From an uncultured Clostridia bacterium (GTDB lineage: Bacteria; Bacillota; Clostridia; Oscillospirales; Butyricicoccaceae), in assembly GCA_938000015.1 (NCBI GenBank), contig CALLCY010000006.1:1-59418 (forward strand): a stretch of 59,418 nucleotides of DNA. The letters are read 5' to 3'. This document shows, one piece after another, positions 45,307-56,400 of this stretch. Below the pieces are notes generated by a model. It did not search any database, was not told where the DNA came from, and saw only the letters and a program-made list of their open reading frames with translations. The position numbers were made by a program, and so were the translations under genes. Positions within the stretch are counted from its first letter, which is position 1, and every line of letters begins with the position of its first letter.

Positions 45307-47367
45307 TTACAAGCTGCCGGTGAAGCTCAGCTCGAAGCGGGTGATATGATAAATGCTGTTGGGGGGCGCCAGAATATCGTCGGCGGTGGTCTTTTGGATG
45401 TATTCTCCCACCGGCTCCACGCTCAGGCTTTCGATCCGCTCCACGCAGTCCAGCAGATCGATTGCACAATAAAACTCCCCAAAGCTGAATACGCTGCCAA
45501 AATTCTGATTGAGATCCTGGACAAATTGCTCCATCCGGCGGCGCACCTGTCCGGGAGCGTCCTGGCCATAGGGGGCGGCAGCCAGACGGCCCCGCACCAC
45601 CAATTCCACCCGCCGGGGCCACACCACATGGATCTGGGTGGTGAGCAGCCGGTGCCGGTCCATCACCCGGCGGATGTTCTCTTCGTAGGAGGGAAGGGCT
45701 TGCTCTCTGGCACGGCCCGCTCCCTGTACCACCAAAGTGATCCGCCGGTCCTCCGGCCCTGCAAAACCGGTGAGCACCCGGCTGTTTTCCACGATCAGAC
45801 CAGGGATCTTGCGGAGAAGGGCCTGGTAGTCTGCCGCCGTCACCGCCCGCTCTCCTGAGCGGAGAGCTTCCTCGGCCCGCGCCAGAGTCTCTTCCAGTTT
45901 TTCTCCGTCCTCTCCCCCGGAAGCGGGGAGAATCTGACGCACCGTCAGCGCCGCCAGCGCAGAAGAAAGGGCATCCAGCTTCCGGATCTGCCCGGCCTTG
46001 ATGTTTCCTTCCTTGCCCCGGCTCACCCGACACTGTCCCAGCAAAATGTTTCCCTCGCCTTTTGGGGGCATGACCCCTTGGACATGGTCGCCAAACTGAA
46101 GAATCCCTTCTTCTGCATCCATGACGAAATGCCGGTCCCGGGGGCCGGAGGAATAAAAGTCCTCCCGCTTTTCCCACTGGGTAAAGGTGGTTTTTTCTCC
46201 CCTTCCCCGGCCGATGAGCAGATTTAAGTCCAAAATTCCCTTTTTCACCAGGGGAAACTCCAGCCGCTGATGGGAAAAACCGGTGCCGCTTCCCAGCGTC
46301 ACCCCTTGGGCCTCATCCAGGCCGTAGGAGATCACCATGGTCTCCCCGCCGCTTTCCTGCTGAGGCAAAATCACTTGCTTTCCATCCTGCTCCTCCAAAG
46401 AGAAGCCGGTTTCCTGCCAGCCTTCTTCCCCTTTGACAAAGACCCGATGACGGCCAAACAGCCCCAAATGGCTCTCCATCACCGCCGGGCCATGGAACAC
46501 ATCCTGGCGCACCAGAGTGTCCTGCTGAAAAACCTCCACCACATTGAAGCGGATATCCCGCACCTGGGGCGGCAGATCGTAGCCGTCCTGCAAAAGTCGC
46601 ACCCGCACAGCAAAGCCCTGGTTTTCCAGGGGAGCCATCTCCCCCTCATAGCGCAGGCTCAGAAGGCCGGAAAAGAGGAAGCCACGGGTATCGTCCCGCA
46701 CCACTTCCGCCTCTTTCCACCCGTCCCGGGTATAAACCTCCCAGGAGAGCCGGGCCAGAGGCACAAAGTCGTCCCCTTCCCGTACCGGTGTGCGGCGGGG
46801 GTCCTCCTGAAGGGAAACATACAGGGAAAACACCCAGCCCGAAGGAATGGGATCTGTGAAACAAAGCTCCATTTCCTCCCGTGGTTCCCGGGCCGGTTCG
46901 GCCCCCAGGCCGGGGAAAATGGGAAACAGTCTCCCCTGCCCCAGCTGTCCGGCTTCCACTTGCTCCGCCCGCTCTCCGCTGCGGAAAACCACGCTTTTCA
47001 GCCGGGTCGCCAACGCGGCGGCAGGGGTTCTGTTTTCAAACACCAGCTCTCCGGCCCGCCACTTGCTTTCCTCCGGGATACGGAGGTCGGCTTCGGCCCC
47101 GGAGACCTCCACCAGTGTGCGGGCGCATCGGACCGGGCGGGACTCCATGCCCAAAAGCTCCAGAAAACGCCGTTTGCTTTCAGGGAAGATCACCGACATA
47201 TACTGGTGCTGCATGGCCTTGAGCCAGGCCAGCAGATCCACCAGGGTCATGCCCGGGTCGGCAGCCTGGAGATTGTTCCAGGAGGTGTCGTGACGGGCGA
47301 TCTCTTTGACGGCGGCCTCCACAATGTCCTCAAAGGTCTCACTGTTGAGTTTTTCCAGTTTGAGCAC
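45307..47367 (-). CDS. Baseplate J-like protein
   Basis: WNN...DPGMTLVDLLAW, FGD..G..PP, GN, GGED.E, RAVTAADY. Confidence 0.85.
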   Translation of the reverse strand: MLKLEKLNSETFEDIVEAAVKEIARHDTSWNNLQAADPGMTLVDLLAWLKAMQHQYMSVIFPESKRRFLELLGMESRPVRCARTLVEVSGAEADLRIPEESKWRAGELVFENRTPAAALATRLKSVVFRSGERAEQVEAGQLGQGRLFPIFPGLGAEPAREPREEMELCFTDPIPSGWVFSLYVSLQEDPRRTPVREGDDFVPLARLSWEVYTRDGWKEAEVVRDDTRGFLFSGLLSLRYEGEMAPLENQGFAVRVRLLQDGYDLPPQVRDIRFNVVEVFQQDTLVRQDVFHGPAVMESHLGLFGRHRVFVKGEEGWQETGFSLEEQDGKQVILPQQESGGETMVISYGLDEAQGVTLGSGTGFSHQRLEFPLVKKGILDLNLLIGRGRGEKTTFTQWEKREDFYSSGPRDRHFVMDAEEGILQFGDHVQGVMPPKGEGNILLGQCRVSRGKEGNIKAGQIRKLDALSSALAALTVRQILPASGGEDGEKLEETLARAEEALRSGERAVTAADYQALLRKIPGLIVENSRVLTGFAGPEDRRITLVVQGAGRAREQALPSYEENIRRVMDRHRLLTTQIHVVWPRRVELVVRGRLAAAPYGQDAPGQVRRRMEQFVQDLNQNFGSVFSFGEFYCAIDLLDCVERIESLSVEPVGEYIQKTTADDILAPPNSIYHITRFELSFTGSL

Positions 47368-47371
47368 GCCC

Positions 47372-50371
47372 TCACCTCCCCTGTTCTGCGGTCAGATTGA
47401 TTTCCGGTTCACCGCACACCGGCACAGTAAAGCCATCCCGGCGCAGGCGGTCAAATTCCACCGCCTGCCGCCCGTCCTGGGTGACCATATAAGTAAACAG
47501 ATGCAATCCACGAATCCATTTGATATTGGGAATGGTCTTGATGCTGTTATAGATCAGCTCCCGGCTGGGGATCTGGCCGATCTCCCAGCCCTGGCCCCCG
47601 AAATTGCCGGTGATAGGATCGAGAAATTCCTCCAGCCTGCGGCGGATGGCCTGATGGGTCTCATGGTAGCAGTCGTAATTGGGGATGACGGCGTCCACCG
47701 TCACATAAACCTCCACATACCGCACTTCGAAGAAATCCACCTGACCGCCTCCAGCCAGCAGCAAGGAGGCTTTTTCCTCCAGCATCTGCCGGGCCCGGCG
47801 CACCAGGGCATCGAAGAACTCCCCGCCCCGGCCAAAGGTCCGGGGCAGTACTGCCACCGCCAGCTTTCCTTCTGCCGGACGGCCATACCGGTCCACATGA
47901 GCGGCACATTTCACCCGGAAAATATTCCGGTTGCTGGCCAGCACGGCCCGCTCCAGATCTTCCAGCGTCACCAGCCGGTCCATTTCCAGCACTTCGCCGG
48001 TGCGGCGATGGGCGGCTTGACCGATGGTCTCCATGGGGGAGCCGCCGCTGATGGGCTTGTGGTTGGTCACCCCAGCCACTCCCGCCGGGCGGGACAAAAA
48101 GCCAAGAATCGCCCCTTGCGGGATGTTGCCATGGTGGCCATCGCAGCGGGTGTGCTCCACCAGAATGCTCTCCTCCGGGCTTTCCGGCGGAATCCGGCCA
48201 TGGCGTCCGTCCCCAAAGACCACATCCCCCTGGGAATAATCCACCATGTAGACCCGCTCTTCCCCGGTGCACCCTTCCAGACGGTCCACTTCCCGCCAGG
48301 GCACCCAGATCTGTTCCACTGTCCCTTCGGCGCTGCGCTGCACCAGCACATCCGGGTTTTGCAGAAGCTGTTCTTCTTCCTTCACCGAAAGGGAACCGTG
48401 CTCATTGACCCAAACTTTGGTTTCCCACAGATTGGGCACATTCAAAGAACACCGCTTGTTTTTTTCTCCCCGGCCGATGTAGAAATAGGCCCGGTTGCCC
48501 CGCTCCCGCTGGATCACCGGCACGGGGTTGGGCCACACGGCCCGCAACACCGGATTTTTCCCTTTTTTCTTTTCATCGTAACGGCCATCCACATCCACAA
48601 GGCGGACAAAATACCCTTCCCGTCCGAAAAACCGGGCTTTGGCAAAGTCCTTTTTGCCCACCAGAGTCACCATGCCGCTGCGGGTGAGGTTTTCGGTCTG
48701 ATCCATCACTTCGATGCTCTTCCATCCCGGCTCCCCGTTGACGGTGATGCCGTAATACTCCCACCGCAGAGGGGGCGGGGCGGGAAAGACCCCTTCGGCC
48801 ACATCCCAGAAGATCCGCAAAGGCCCACCGGTGAGGGGATTGGTAAAGCACACATACATGGCCGGATCGGGACAAAGGCCCGCCGTCACCAAAGGTGTCT
48901 GGCCGCTGTGGGGCAGCTCGACCAGATTGCGCTCCACATTGCTCTCCACCAGCACCTCTTTCCCTTCCTGCCAATCCTGGTACCGGTAGCCGATCTCCAT
49001 ATGGCGCACAAAGGGAACGATGTAATGGCCCTTGGTGGAAAACAGATAAGAGAGTTTATCAATACGGGCCCGGATGAACAGTCCCTCCGCAGCCCCTACC
49101 AGCAGATTTTCCATGTCCGCAGGACAGCGGAAGGTGAGCCGCTTGACCCGCACGCCGGTCTGATCCGGAGTGAAGAAATCCTCTTCCTCCCCCAGGGGGA
49201 AGAGCCTGGCCCAGCCCAAACCGTTCCAATATTCCCACACCACCCGCTCGATGCGCACATCCCGTTCCCGGGAGCCTTCAAAGTCCTCCCGAGTCATAAC
49301 GCTGCGGTAGCGGATGGGGTCTGGCTCATAGGCCTGCTCAATGGGCACTTTGTAATATTCCAGAGTAAAGTCCACCGTGATGACGGCCCCGGCCTTGGAA
49401 AAAGCCTCCCGGCTGGAAAACTGAAATGCGGTGAAGATGCTCAGTCCATCGCCAAAGGGGGAGAAATTCTCCTCTGGCAGCTGGTTGCCCTCCCAGGACA
49501 GCGCGTCGGGAGCCAGTCCCTCTCCCCAGCCCTTCCAGGCACTGTGGGTAAAGGAGACCCCTCCATCGGGGATCTGTTTCAGGCGGCAGCGAAGCAGCCC
49601 CATGGCCTGCTCCCCCTCCACCTCCACCGGATGGCTTCCCTGGCTGCCTTCCAGCCCGATGCCCTCTTCTGTGAGCAAAACCCGGTCAAAGGGTTTCCAG
49701 CCGGTTTCGGTATGGTATTCCCATTGGGCCATATCCTCATTGGAAAACACCTCCGCCAACTGGCGGCGCTGCTTTTCCGAAAGGGCGTGATCCAGGCGCA
49801 TGATAAAGTGGGTACGGTCTTTGGTATAAAAGGCCCGGTCATCCCGGAACACCAGGATGTGCTGCTGAAGCTGGGGATACCCTTCCAGATCAAAAAGCCG
49901 CACCGGCTCTCCCGGCCCATTCCGGTCATAGGCCATGACGATGGTGTCCTTCTCCGCACTGGTGAAAAAGATGCTGTCCACCTGGGTGTCCAGGGCGGTC
50001 ATGCCCTGGGTGGTCTCATAAAAGACCCGGCCTGCATCGGTATCGGCGGCGGCATACACCACTGTGCCCTGGGGCAAATAGACCTCTCCTCCGTCCGGGA
50101 GCACTTCCACCGTCACCATGCCCTCCGCCGGGGCCGGAGGCAAAAGCCGGGTGCCCAGCAAGTTGAGGAAGGACAGAAAATGATTGTACATGGTCCGATT
50201 GTATTTGCTGACGGTATTTTCCATCATGGCGGCATAGACATGGGCCAGAACTATGCCGGCATCCGGGTGTTCCTCATCCCATCGCCACTCAGGCACATAA
50301 CTCCGGGCCAGAGCTTTCAGCTGGTCCATGATATCCCGGCGATCCCGCCCATCCAGCTTGGGTGTCTGCAT
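47372..50371 (-). CDS. Baseplate J-like protein (Afp11-like), second paralogue
   Basis: PKLDGRD, YVPEW, DAG, FGDGRHGRIPP, RLVTLED, FLDPITG..GWEIG. Confidence 0.85.
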   Translation of the reverse strand: MQTPKLDGRDRRDIMDQLKALARSYVPEWRWDEEHPDAGIVLAHVYAAMMENTVSKYNRTMYNHFLSFLNLLGTRLLPPAPAEGMVTVEVLPDGGEVYLPQGTVVYAAADTDAGRVFYETTQGMTALDTQVDSIFFTSAEKDTIVMAYDRNGPGEPVRLFDLEGYPQLQQHILVFRDDRAFYTKDRTHFIMRLDHALSEKQRRQLAEVFSNEDMAQWEYHTETGWKPFDRVLLTEEGIGLEGSQGSHPVEVEGEQAMGLLRCRLKQIPDGGVSFTHSAWKGWGEGLAPDALSWEGNQLPEENFSPFGDGLSIFTAFQFSSREAFSKAGAVITVDFTLEYYKVPIEQAYEPDPIRYRSVMTREDFEGSRERDVRIERVVWEYWNGLGWARLFPLGEEEDFFTPDQTGVRVKRLTFRCPADMENLLVGAAEGLFIRARIDKLSYLFSTKGHYIVPFVRHMEIGYRYQDWQEGKEVLVESNVERNLVELPHSGQTPLVTAGLCPDPAMYVCFTNPLTGGPLRIFWDVAEGVFPAPPPLRWEYYGITVNGEPGWKSIEVMDQTENLTRSGMVTLVGKKDFAKARFFGREGYFVRLVDVDGRYDEKKKGKNPVLRAVWPNPVPVIQRERGNRAYFYIGRGEKNKRCSLNVPNLWETKVWVNEHGSLSVKEEEQLLQNPDVLVQRSAEGTVEQIWVPWREVDRLEGCTGEERVYMVDYSQGDVVFGDGRHGRIPPESPEESILVEHTRCDGHHGNIPQGAILGFLSRPAGVAGVTNHKPISGGSPMETIGQAAHRRTGEVLEMDRLVTLEDLERAVLASNRNIFRVKCAAHVDRYGRPAEGKLAVAVLPRTFGRGGEFFDALVRRARQMLEEKASLLLAGGGQVDFFEVRYVEVYVTVDAVIPNYDCYHETHQAIRRRLEEFLDPITGNFGGQGWEIGQIPSRELIYNSIKTIPNIKWIRGLHLFTYMVTQDGRQAVEFDRLRRDGFTVPVCGEPEINLTAEQGR

Positions 50372-50401
50372 TGTCCTTCCTCCTTCCTGTGTGTTCTAAA
50401 G

Positions 50402-50797
50402 TCATCTGTCCCCTTGGTTCAGCTCCATCTCCTGCCGCATCTGCTGGGGACGGATAGGGTCGATGTCGGAGACATACTGAATGTCCACTGTCACCGCCGT
50501 CCGGTTTTCCGGCGACTGCATGACCCCCACATTGATTCCCTTGATGTGCTCTTCCCACCGCTTGATGCTCTGGGCCAGAGTCTGGGACATCTGATTGACC
50601 AGCACCAGATCCACATTCTGGAACATGAACTGGTTGAGCCCGGCGCCGAAGGCGGAACGCATTTTCCGCTCGCCCTGGTCGGTTTTCACAATGAGCCGGA
50701 CATCCTGGCGGACGCATTCCTCGTCCTCCACCATCCGGATACGGCCTGTGGTTTCATCCACTTCCACCGGAAAAGCCCATCCTTGCAGCTGTGCCAT
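50402..50797 (-). CDS. GPW/gp25-family baseplate protein
   Basis: GWAFP, IVKTDQGERKMRSAFG, RWE. Confidence 0.88.
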   Translation of the reverse strand: MAQLQGWAFPVEVDETTGRIRMVEDEECVRQDVRLIVKTDQGERKMRSAFGAGLNQFMFQNVDLVLVNQMSQTLAQSIKRWEEHIKGINVGVMQSPENRTAVTVDIQYVSDIDPIRPQQMRQEMELNQGDR

Positions 50798-50813
50798 CCT
50801 CTTTCCCTCCCTA

Positions 50814-51560
50814 TCAGTTGACTTTCACCATGGCGCCCTTCACATTGGTGACGCCGCTGGCCTCCAGATTCAGCTGGCCGCTGGCCTTCACATTGACGGC
50901 GCTCTTGCCGCTGACATCCACCTGCTGACCATCCAGCTTGATGTTTCCCGAGGCCTTGATGGTGATCTGGTTGCCGCTGCCGTCCAGCTCGATGGAAGCG
51001 CCGCCGCATTTGAGCACCAGTTTGGTTTTGGCCTCCAATGTCACGGTGCCGCCTCCGATATCGATCTTCAGCAGATTGGTTCCATCTTTATCGGTGAGGG
51101 CAATGGTCTTTTCCTTGTCGTTCATGGAAAGGGCGCTTTCCCCCGCGGTTTTCAGCGTCAGACCAGGGGTTTCCTCTCCATCGTTCCACTCCATCAGATG
51201 ACCTGTTTTGGATTTGATGGTGCGCAGCTGGTTTTTGCCTTCCTCCACCTTACCCGGGCCAGGGGCTTTGGTGTTGTACAGGCTGCCCAGCACATAGGGA
51301 GAAGTGAAATCTCCGTCTACAAACCCCACCAACACCTCATCCCCCACTTCCGGCAGGAAAAAGGCGCCGTAGTCCTTACCGGCCATGGGGGTCATCACCC
51401 GGATGTAATCGGTCTCCTGGAGGGAATCGGTGCGGTTGAGCAGCCGGACTTTTACCCGGTTCTTTTTCTCCGGGTCCTTGATGTCGCTGACAATGCCCAC
51501 CGTGATACCGCAGAAGGACTGGTCCTCATGCTCCTGGGCCAGCATTTCGAAGATGCTCAT
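50814..51560 (-). CDS. Baseplate assembly protein V / gp5-like spike (OB fold + beta-helix)
   Basis: DPEKKNRVKV, FLPEVGDEVLVGF, PYVLGSLYN, C-terminal beta repeats. Confidence 0.9.
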   Translation of the reverse strand: MSIFEMLAQEHEDQSFCGITVGIVSDIKDPEKKNRVKVRLLNRTDSLQETDYIRVMTPMAGKDYGAFFLPEVGDEVLVGFVDGDFTSPYVLGSLYNTKAPGPGKVEEGKNQLRTIKSKTGHLMEWNDGEETPGLTLKTAGESALSMNDKEKTIALTDKDGTNLLKIDIGGGTVTLEAKTKLVLKCGGASIELDGSGNQITIKASGNIKLDGQQVDVSGKSAVNVKASGQLNLEASGVTNVKGAMVKVN

Positions 51561-51575
51561 GTTCTTCCTCCTCTG

Positions 51576-52676
51576 CTACATCTTGTTTCCCGCAATGTGG
51601 ACGATGGTATCAAATCCATCCCGATCCAGATGATGCACCACTTTGGTGATGAAATAATCCCGGTTCAGATCCTCGTTGAAGCCCTTGAGGGTAATCATAT
51701 GGCCGGGGAACAAAATGGGGATTCCCGAAAGTTCGATGGTGCCTGTGAGAAACCCCATGGACATCTGATCCAGCAAAGCCTGGGCCCGGGCCTTGGACTC
51801 GGCCTCGGAACGCACCGAGCCATCGGCCACCACCTTTTCCATGGTGGCGGTGATCAGCTTGGTGGCGTCGGCCCCCGCCTTTTTGCCGCCTCCCACTCCG
51901 GTGACGGCGGTGGCTTTGGCTTCAAAAGGCTTGCTTTCGTCTTCCGGGTTGTGGTTGCGCACCGTCACCGATTTCACCTGATTGGCCAAAGTGACCTCCC
52001 GGCGAAACCGGCGCAGATTTTCTCCCGGCTCCACCGTCAACAGACTGTCGGTGAATTTCTTATAGCTGACGAAATACACCGTATCCTGCACCACATAAAA
52101 AAGGTAATTCAGCCGTTTGGCCAAGGAGACCACAAAATCATAATCACTTTGGTTGTGCTGCTCGATAGGGGCCAGCACCTCTGCGCTCACTTCCACCTGC
52201 TTGCTTTTATAAAGAGAGGTGTAGTTTTTCAGCACATCGTTCACCGCTTCGGAGTATTTGGTGATGCCCTTTTTCTGCAAGGAGCGATAGCTGCTCATCA
52301 TAAATTGCTTGCAGTCCATGGCGGTGACGATCACGGCCACCCGATCTCCCTGGATATCGATTTCCTGGGAGGAGATATAGCCCACAAACACCGATTGGGC
52401 GTTTTTGCTCTCTCCATAGCCCAGAAAAACCTCCAGTTTGGCCCCCAGCACCAGCTTATCCAAAGAGGTATCCATCTGGAGTTTCCCATCTTCAAAACGG
52501 GAATACTGGCCCACCACTTCCAGTGTGCAGTCACTGGCCTCCATGCCGGTGGACATATTCACCTGAATGCTGGTATAGATCAGCTGCTCTCCTGGAAGAA
52601 GAGAACCGTTGACATGGAAATAAGCCACCGGCCGCTGAAAATTATTGAATTGTTGGGCCGCATCGTTGAGGGTCAC
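51576..52676 (-). CDS. Late control D / gp27-like hub protein
   Basis: QHNQSDYDFV..LAKR, VTVRNHNP, G.P.L.PG, YFITKVVH. Confidence 0.85.
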   Translation of the reverse strand: MTLNDAAQQFNNFQRPVAYFHVNGSLLPGEQLIYTSIQVNMSTGMEASDCTLEVVGQYSRFEDGKLQMDTSLDKLVLGAKLEVFLGYGESKNAQSVFVGYISSQEIDIQGDRVAVIVTAMDCKQFMMSSYRSLQKKGITKYSEAVNDVLKNYTSLYKSKQVEVSAEVLAPIEQHNQSDYDFVVSLAKRLNYLFYVVQDTVYFVSYKKFTDSLLTVEPGENLRRFRREVTLANQVKSVTVRNHNPEDESKPFEAKATAVTGVGGGKKAGADATKLITATMEKVVADGSVRSEAESKARAQALLDQMSMGFLTGTIELSGIPILFPGHMITLKGFNEDLNRDYFITKVVHHLDRDGFDTIVHIAGNKM

Positions 52677-52709
52677 GCTCTCTCCTCCCTTCGCTTTTCA
52701 TCAAACCGG

Positions 52710-53426
52710 TCAAATGGGCAGAGACCGGAGAAATTTCCCCGCCTTTTCCACCATTTTCAGCATATCCGAGGTGGAATCGCTTTGATCCAAAGGGTCCGCA
52801 TTGGTTTTGGTCACCATGGACAAAGAGACTTCGGCCCCCAGCGGCGCACCCTGGTTGGAAAAATAATTAAAAGTCGTCTGAATTTTGGTGATGATCCCTT
52901 TATAGGCCATATTGCCCCAGGTAAATATCACCGGCACCTGCTTGTGAGCAGCTTTCATCAAGGGGGTATAGCAGCACAGATCTTCGTTGAACAAGCTCAG
53001 ACTGGTAAAGTCAGTCTTTTTGATCAAATCACTCAAAGCGCTTTCCGCCTGGCCGATCTTGTCGCCGCTGCCGATCAGGCTGGTGACAATACTGGTGGCC
53101 GCTGTGGCCAAAGCCTTGAACTCCACTCCATCGGTTTTGGCGTTGTATTCTTCCACAATGTTGAAAATCAAGGTGATATCCACCTGTTGTTCCCCAATGC
53201 CCCGGGGCAGAATCTTGCCGTCGGCGGCTGCGGTCTCCGGGGTTTTTTCATTGGCGACCCCTTCTTCCCGCTTCACCTGCGTGGTGGCGCTCACCTTCAG
53301 ACTGGATGGGTTGAACAGCACAGGATAAGGCCCTTCGGATTCCCATTTTCCATTGCTTTTTTGTTTGGTGGCGATAGTGAATGTGGCTTTATCCACCGCA
53401 CCGAACCGTCCGCCCAGCGCACACAT
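52710..53426 (-). CDS. CIS tube-initiator (Afp7-like) lacking LysM
   Basis: VLFNPSSL, VIFTWG..KGII....FNYF...GAPLGAEVSLSM. Confidence 0.75.
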   Translation of the reverse strand: MCALGGRFGAVDKATFTIATKQKSNGKWESEGPYPVLFNPSSLKVSATTQVKREEGVANEKTPETAAADGKILPRGIGEQQVDITLIFNIVEEYNAKTDGVEFKALATAATSIVTSLIGSGDKIGQAESALSDLIKKTDFTSLSLFNEDLCCYTPLMKAAHKQVPVIFTWGNMAYKGIITKIQTTFNYFSNQGAPLGAEVSLSMVTKTNADPLDQSDSTSDMLKMVEKAGKFLRSLPI

Positions 53427-53459
53427 GGGCCATACCCCCTTTTTGTCATTTCACTTCTC

Positions 53460-56400
53460 TTACCGGCCGATTTTCCGCCGTTCTGTCCGCAGCCGCCGCT
53501 CGACCCGATCCAGCACCTGAGCGGCCATGCGGTTATAATTGAGATCCTGCAACACCTGCTGGATGATGCGCTCTTCGGTCTCCTGGCTGATGGCTCCGGG
53601 AGCTTCCGGCCTGGGACGGCTCTCCGGCGCCTGATAGGAATAGGCCGCGTTCATGGCCGACACATATCCTGCGTCCACCGATTGAGCCCGCAGCACTTCT
53701 TCCCCGCTCTCTTCCTTCTCCTGGGGTGCACTCTGCGGCCGGGGCGGCAGACGATAGACCACGCTCTGTCCTGTCCCTTTCACTGCATCCTGGGAGGAAG
53801 CTGCCGGTCTGCCCGGCTGTGAAACCGGTGTTCCTTCGGAAAACTCCGGGAAAAAGGCGGTGTGCACCATGGGCTGAGATGTTTCATCCTGCCCGGCAGG
53901 AGACGGAGCATTCTCCAAAGACAGCAGAGACGAAAGTCCCTGGCCTCGCCGAACCACCGGTGCCCCTTCTTTCTGCAATGGTGCAGGCTCCTGAGGTTTT
54001 CCCTGGCCCCGCGCAAGGGCAAGATGTCCCATCATGGGTTTCATACCCATGGAAGAAGTCTCCATTTCCCTTTGCTCTTCCCCTTGTTCCGGCTGGGCAT
54101 CCAGAGAAGTGCGGAACACCATGTCCCATGGCCCCTCCTCCTCCCAGGCTGTGGGAGGAGTTCCATTGGGATGGGAAAGGGGTCTTTGACCTTCTGGCGA
54201 AGGCATGAAGCTCTTTCCACCGTTCCAGGCCCCACCCCGCCAAGGGCGGGAAAAGGGAAGCGTCCTCTTTCCCGCCGGGGCTGCAGTCCTCCTGACCCCC
54301 ATGGGAGCCAGAGACGAAGTTCGTCCGATGGCAACCATGTTTTCTATGGCAGGAACAGCGGAAGAAAGAAACGAAAGAGAGAATGGAACAGAAAAGAAGG
54401 ATTTCCCCCATTCTGTTTCCGACCGAATAGCAGAATTCTCCTCGCTCCACCGTATCGGCTCCCCATCCCAAGCCCAAGGCCGCGGGAGAGGGGAAAGCGA
54501 AGGAGCTTCCAGTTTCCAGGAAGGTTCTGGAATGGAAGAAGGAGACCATGCCGCCCGCCCTGGCCGGAAAGAAGATACTTTGTTCCCCCGATCTACCTGA
54601 TTGGGCTGAAAAGCGCCCAAAGCTGCACGGTATATTGTCTCATGTCTTTCACCGCTCACCGGCTGCATCTGCGCCAACACACCGGATCGGGACAATACCA
54701 CAGCGGGCAGCGCTGTGCGGTATACCGGCTCTTGAACTCCGCCGCTGACTGGCTGCATCCGTGCCAATGCACTGGAGCGGGACAATGCCTCAACAGGCAG
54801 CGCCGTGCGATATACCGGCTCTTGGACTCCTCCGCCCTCCGGCTGCATTCTCGCCAATGTACCGGATCGGGACAATGCCACAGCGGGCAGCGCTGTGCGG
54901 TATACCGGCTCTTGAACTCCGCCGCTGACTGGCTGCATCCGTGCCAATGCACTGGAGCGGGACAATGCCGCAGCGGGCAGCGCTGTGCGGTACACCGGCT
55001 CTTGGGCTTCTCCGCTCACCGGCTGCATTCTAGCCAATGCACCGGATCGGGACAATGCCGCAGCGGGCAGCGCCGTGCGGTACACCGGATCTTGAACTTC
55101 TCCGCTCACCGGCTGCATTCTAGCCAATGCACCGGATCGGGACAATGCCGCAGCGGGCAGCGCCGTGCGGTACACCGGATCTTGAGCTTCTCCGCTGACC
55201 GGCCGCATCCTTGCCAACGCACTGGATCGGGACAATGCCGCAGCAGGCAGCGCCGTACGATATACCCGCTCTTGAGCTTCTCTGCTCACCAGCTGCATCC
55301 GCGCCAATGCACCAGATCGGGACAATGCCGCAGTAGGCAATACCGTACGATACACCCGCTCTTGAGCTTCTCCACTAACCGGCTGCATCCTCGCCAATGC
55401 ACTGGATCGGGACAATGCCTCAGCGGACAGCGCTGTGCGATATACCGGCTCTTGGGCTCCGCCGCTCACCGGCTGCATTCTCGCCAATGCACTGGATCGG
55501 GACAATGCCTCAGTAGGCAGCGCTGTGCGATACACCCGCTCTTGAGCTCCACCGCTTACCGGCTGCATCTGCGCCAACACACCGGATCGGGTCAATGCCT
55601 CAGTAGGCAATGCCGTGCGATACACCGGCTCTTGGGTTCTGCCGCTCACCGATGCAATCGTGGTTTCCTGCTCAGCCTGTGACGCAGTCCGATGGACCAA
55701 AGAAGAAGGCCACCCGGCTCGTCTCTGCGGAAAAAGAGGACTGGGCCAAAAGACCCTCGAGCCCAGCATTCGGCTGCTGGCCCGCTGGAATACCGAAGCA
55801 TTTTTTGCCTTTTCTCCCAGCGTCAAAGCCGTCTTTGGCCAAACTACATCTCCTTGGCTTGGCCTTTCCCAGGCTGCTCCCCGTTGGTTTTCCCCAGCTG
55901 AGAATACCGTTTGGGCACTTCCTGCCCTTTCCACAGACCATGCCGTGTGAGGATCATTGGAACGAACAGGAAGCCGGGCTTCATCGTTTGGAGCCGGTGC
56001 TTCACTGGAACCAATTTCTCGGAAGAGTAGTGGCTCTGTATTCCAGCTCTGGCTCTTTGGCCCGGGCAACATTCCCTTCGCAGACAAAGGAGAATCGATC
56101 CAAGGCATCCCTTGGACCCCAGTAGAACGAAGAAGAGACTGCTCTTGCTTTCGTCCCCAAGCCGCCCCTTTAGAAGTCAAGGTCAGTGGCCCAATGGACA
56201 GCGCTCCGGCCTTTGTAATTCCTCCATGAGGGAACAGGACATAAGAAGATGGGAAAACCGAAAGAATATTTGACATTCCCAAAGCCCTGGGCGCAAGCGC
56301 TGGAAGATTTCCCATTGGCTGAGACATTCCAGCCTCTGTATGAGGAATTTTGGACTGAAAAACGGAGGCAACATGAGAAATCGCCGAAAAAGTCCGAAGG

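Noticed and set aside
45287..46177. Extension of the gpI-like ORF overlapping baseplate J
   Set aside because: Alternative-frame read of the upstream gene; AAGGAGGTG supports the GTG start at 45286.
37752..53822. Very long + strand ORFs (37752-41201, 47306-50821, 50595-53822)
   Set aside because: Antisense frames of recognisable minus-strand genes in GC-rich DNA; no motifs, typical shadow composition.
54620..55655. Regular repeats as a possible CRISPR array (also 30365-30855)
   Set aside because: Units are multiples of 3, in frame within CDSs, lack unique spacers, and no cas genes are present.
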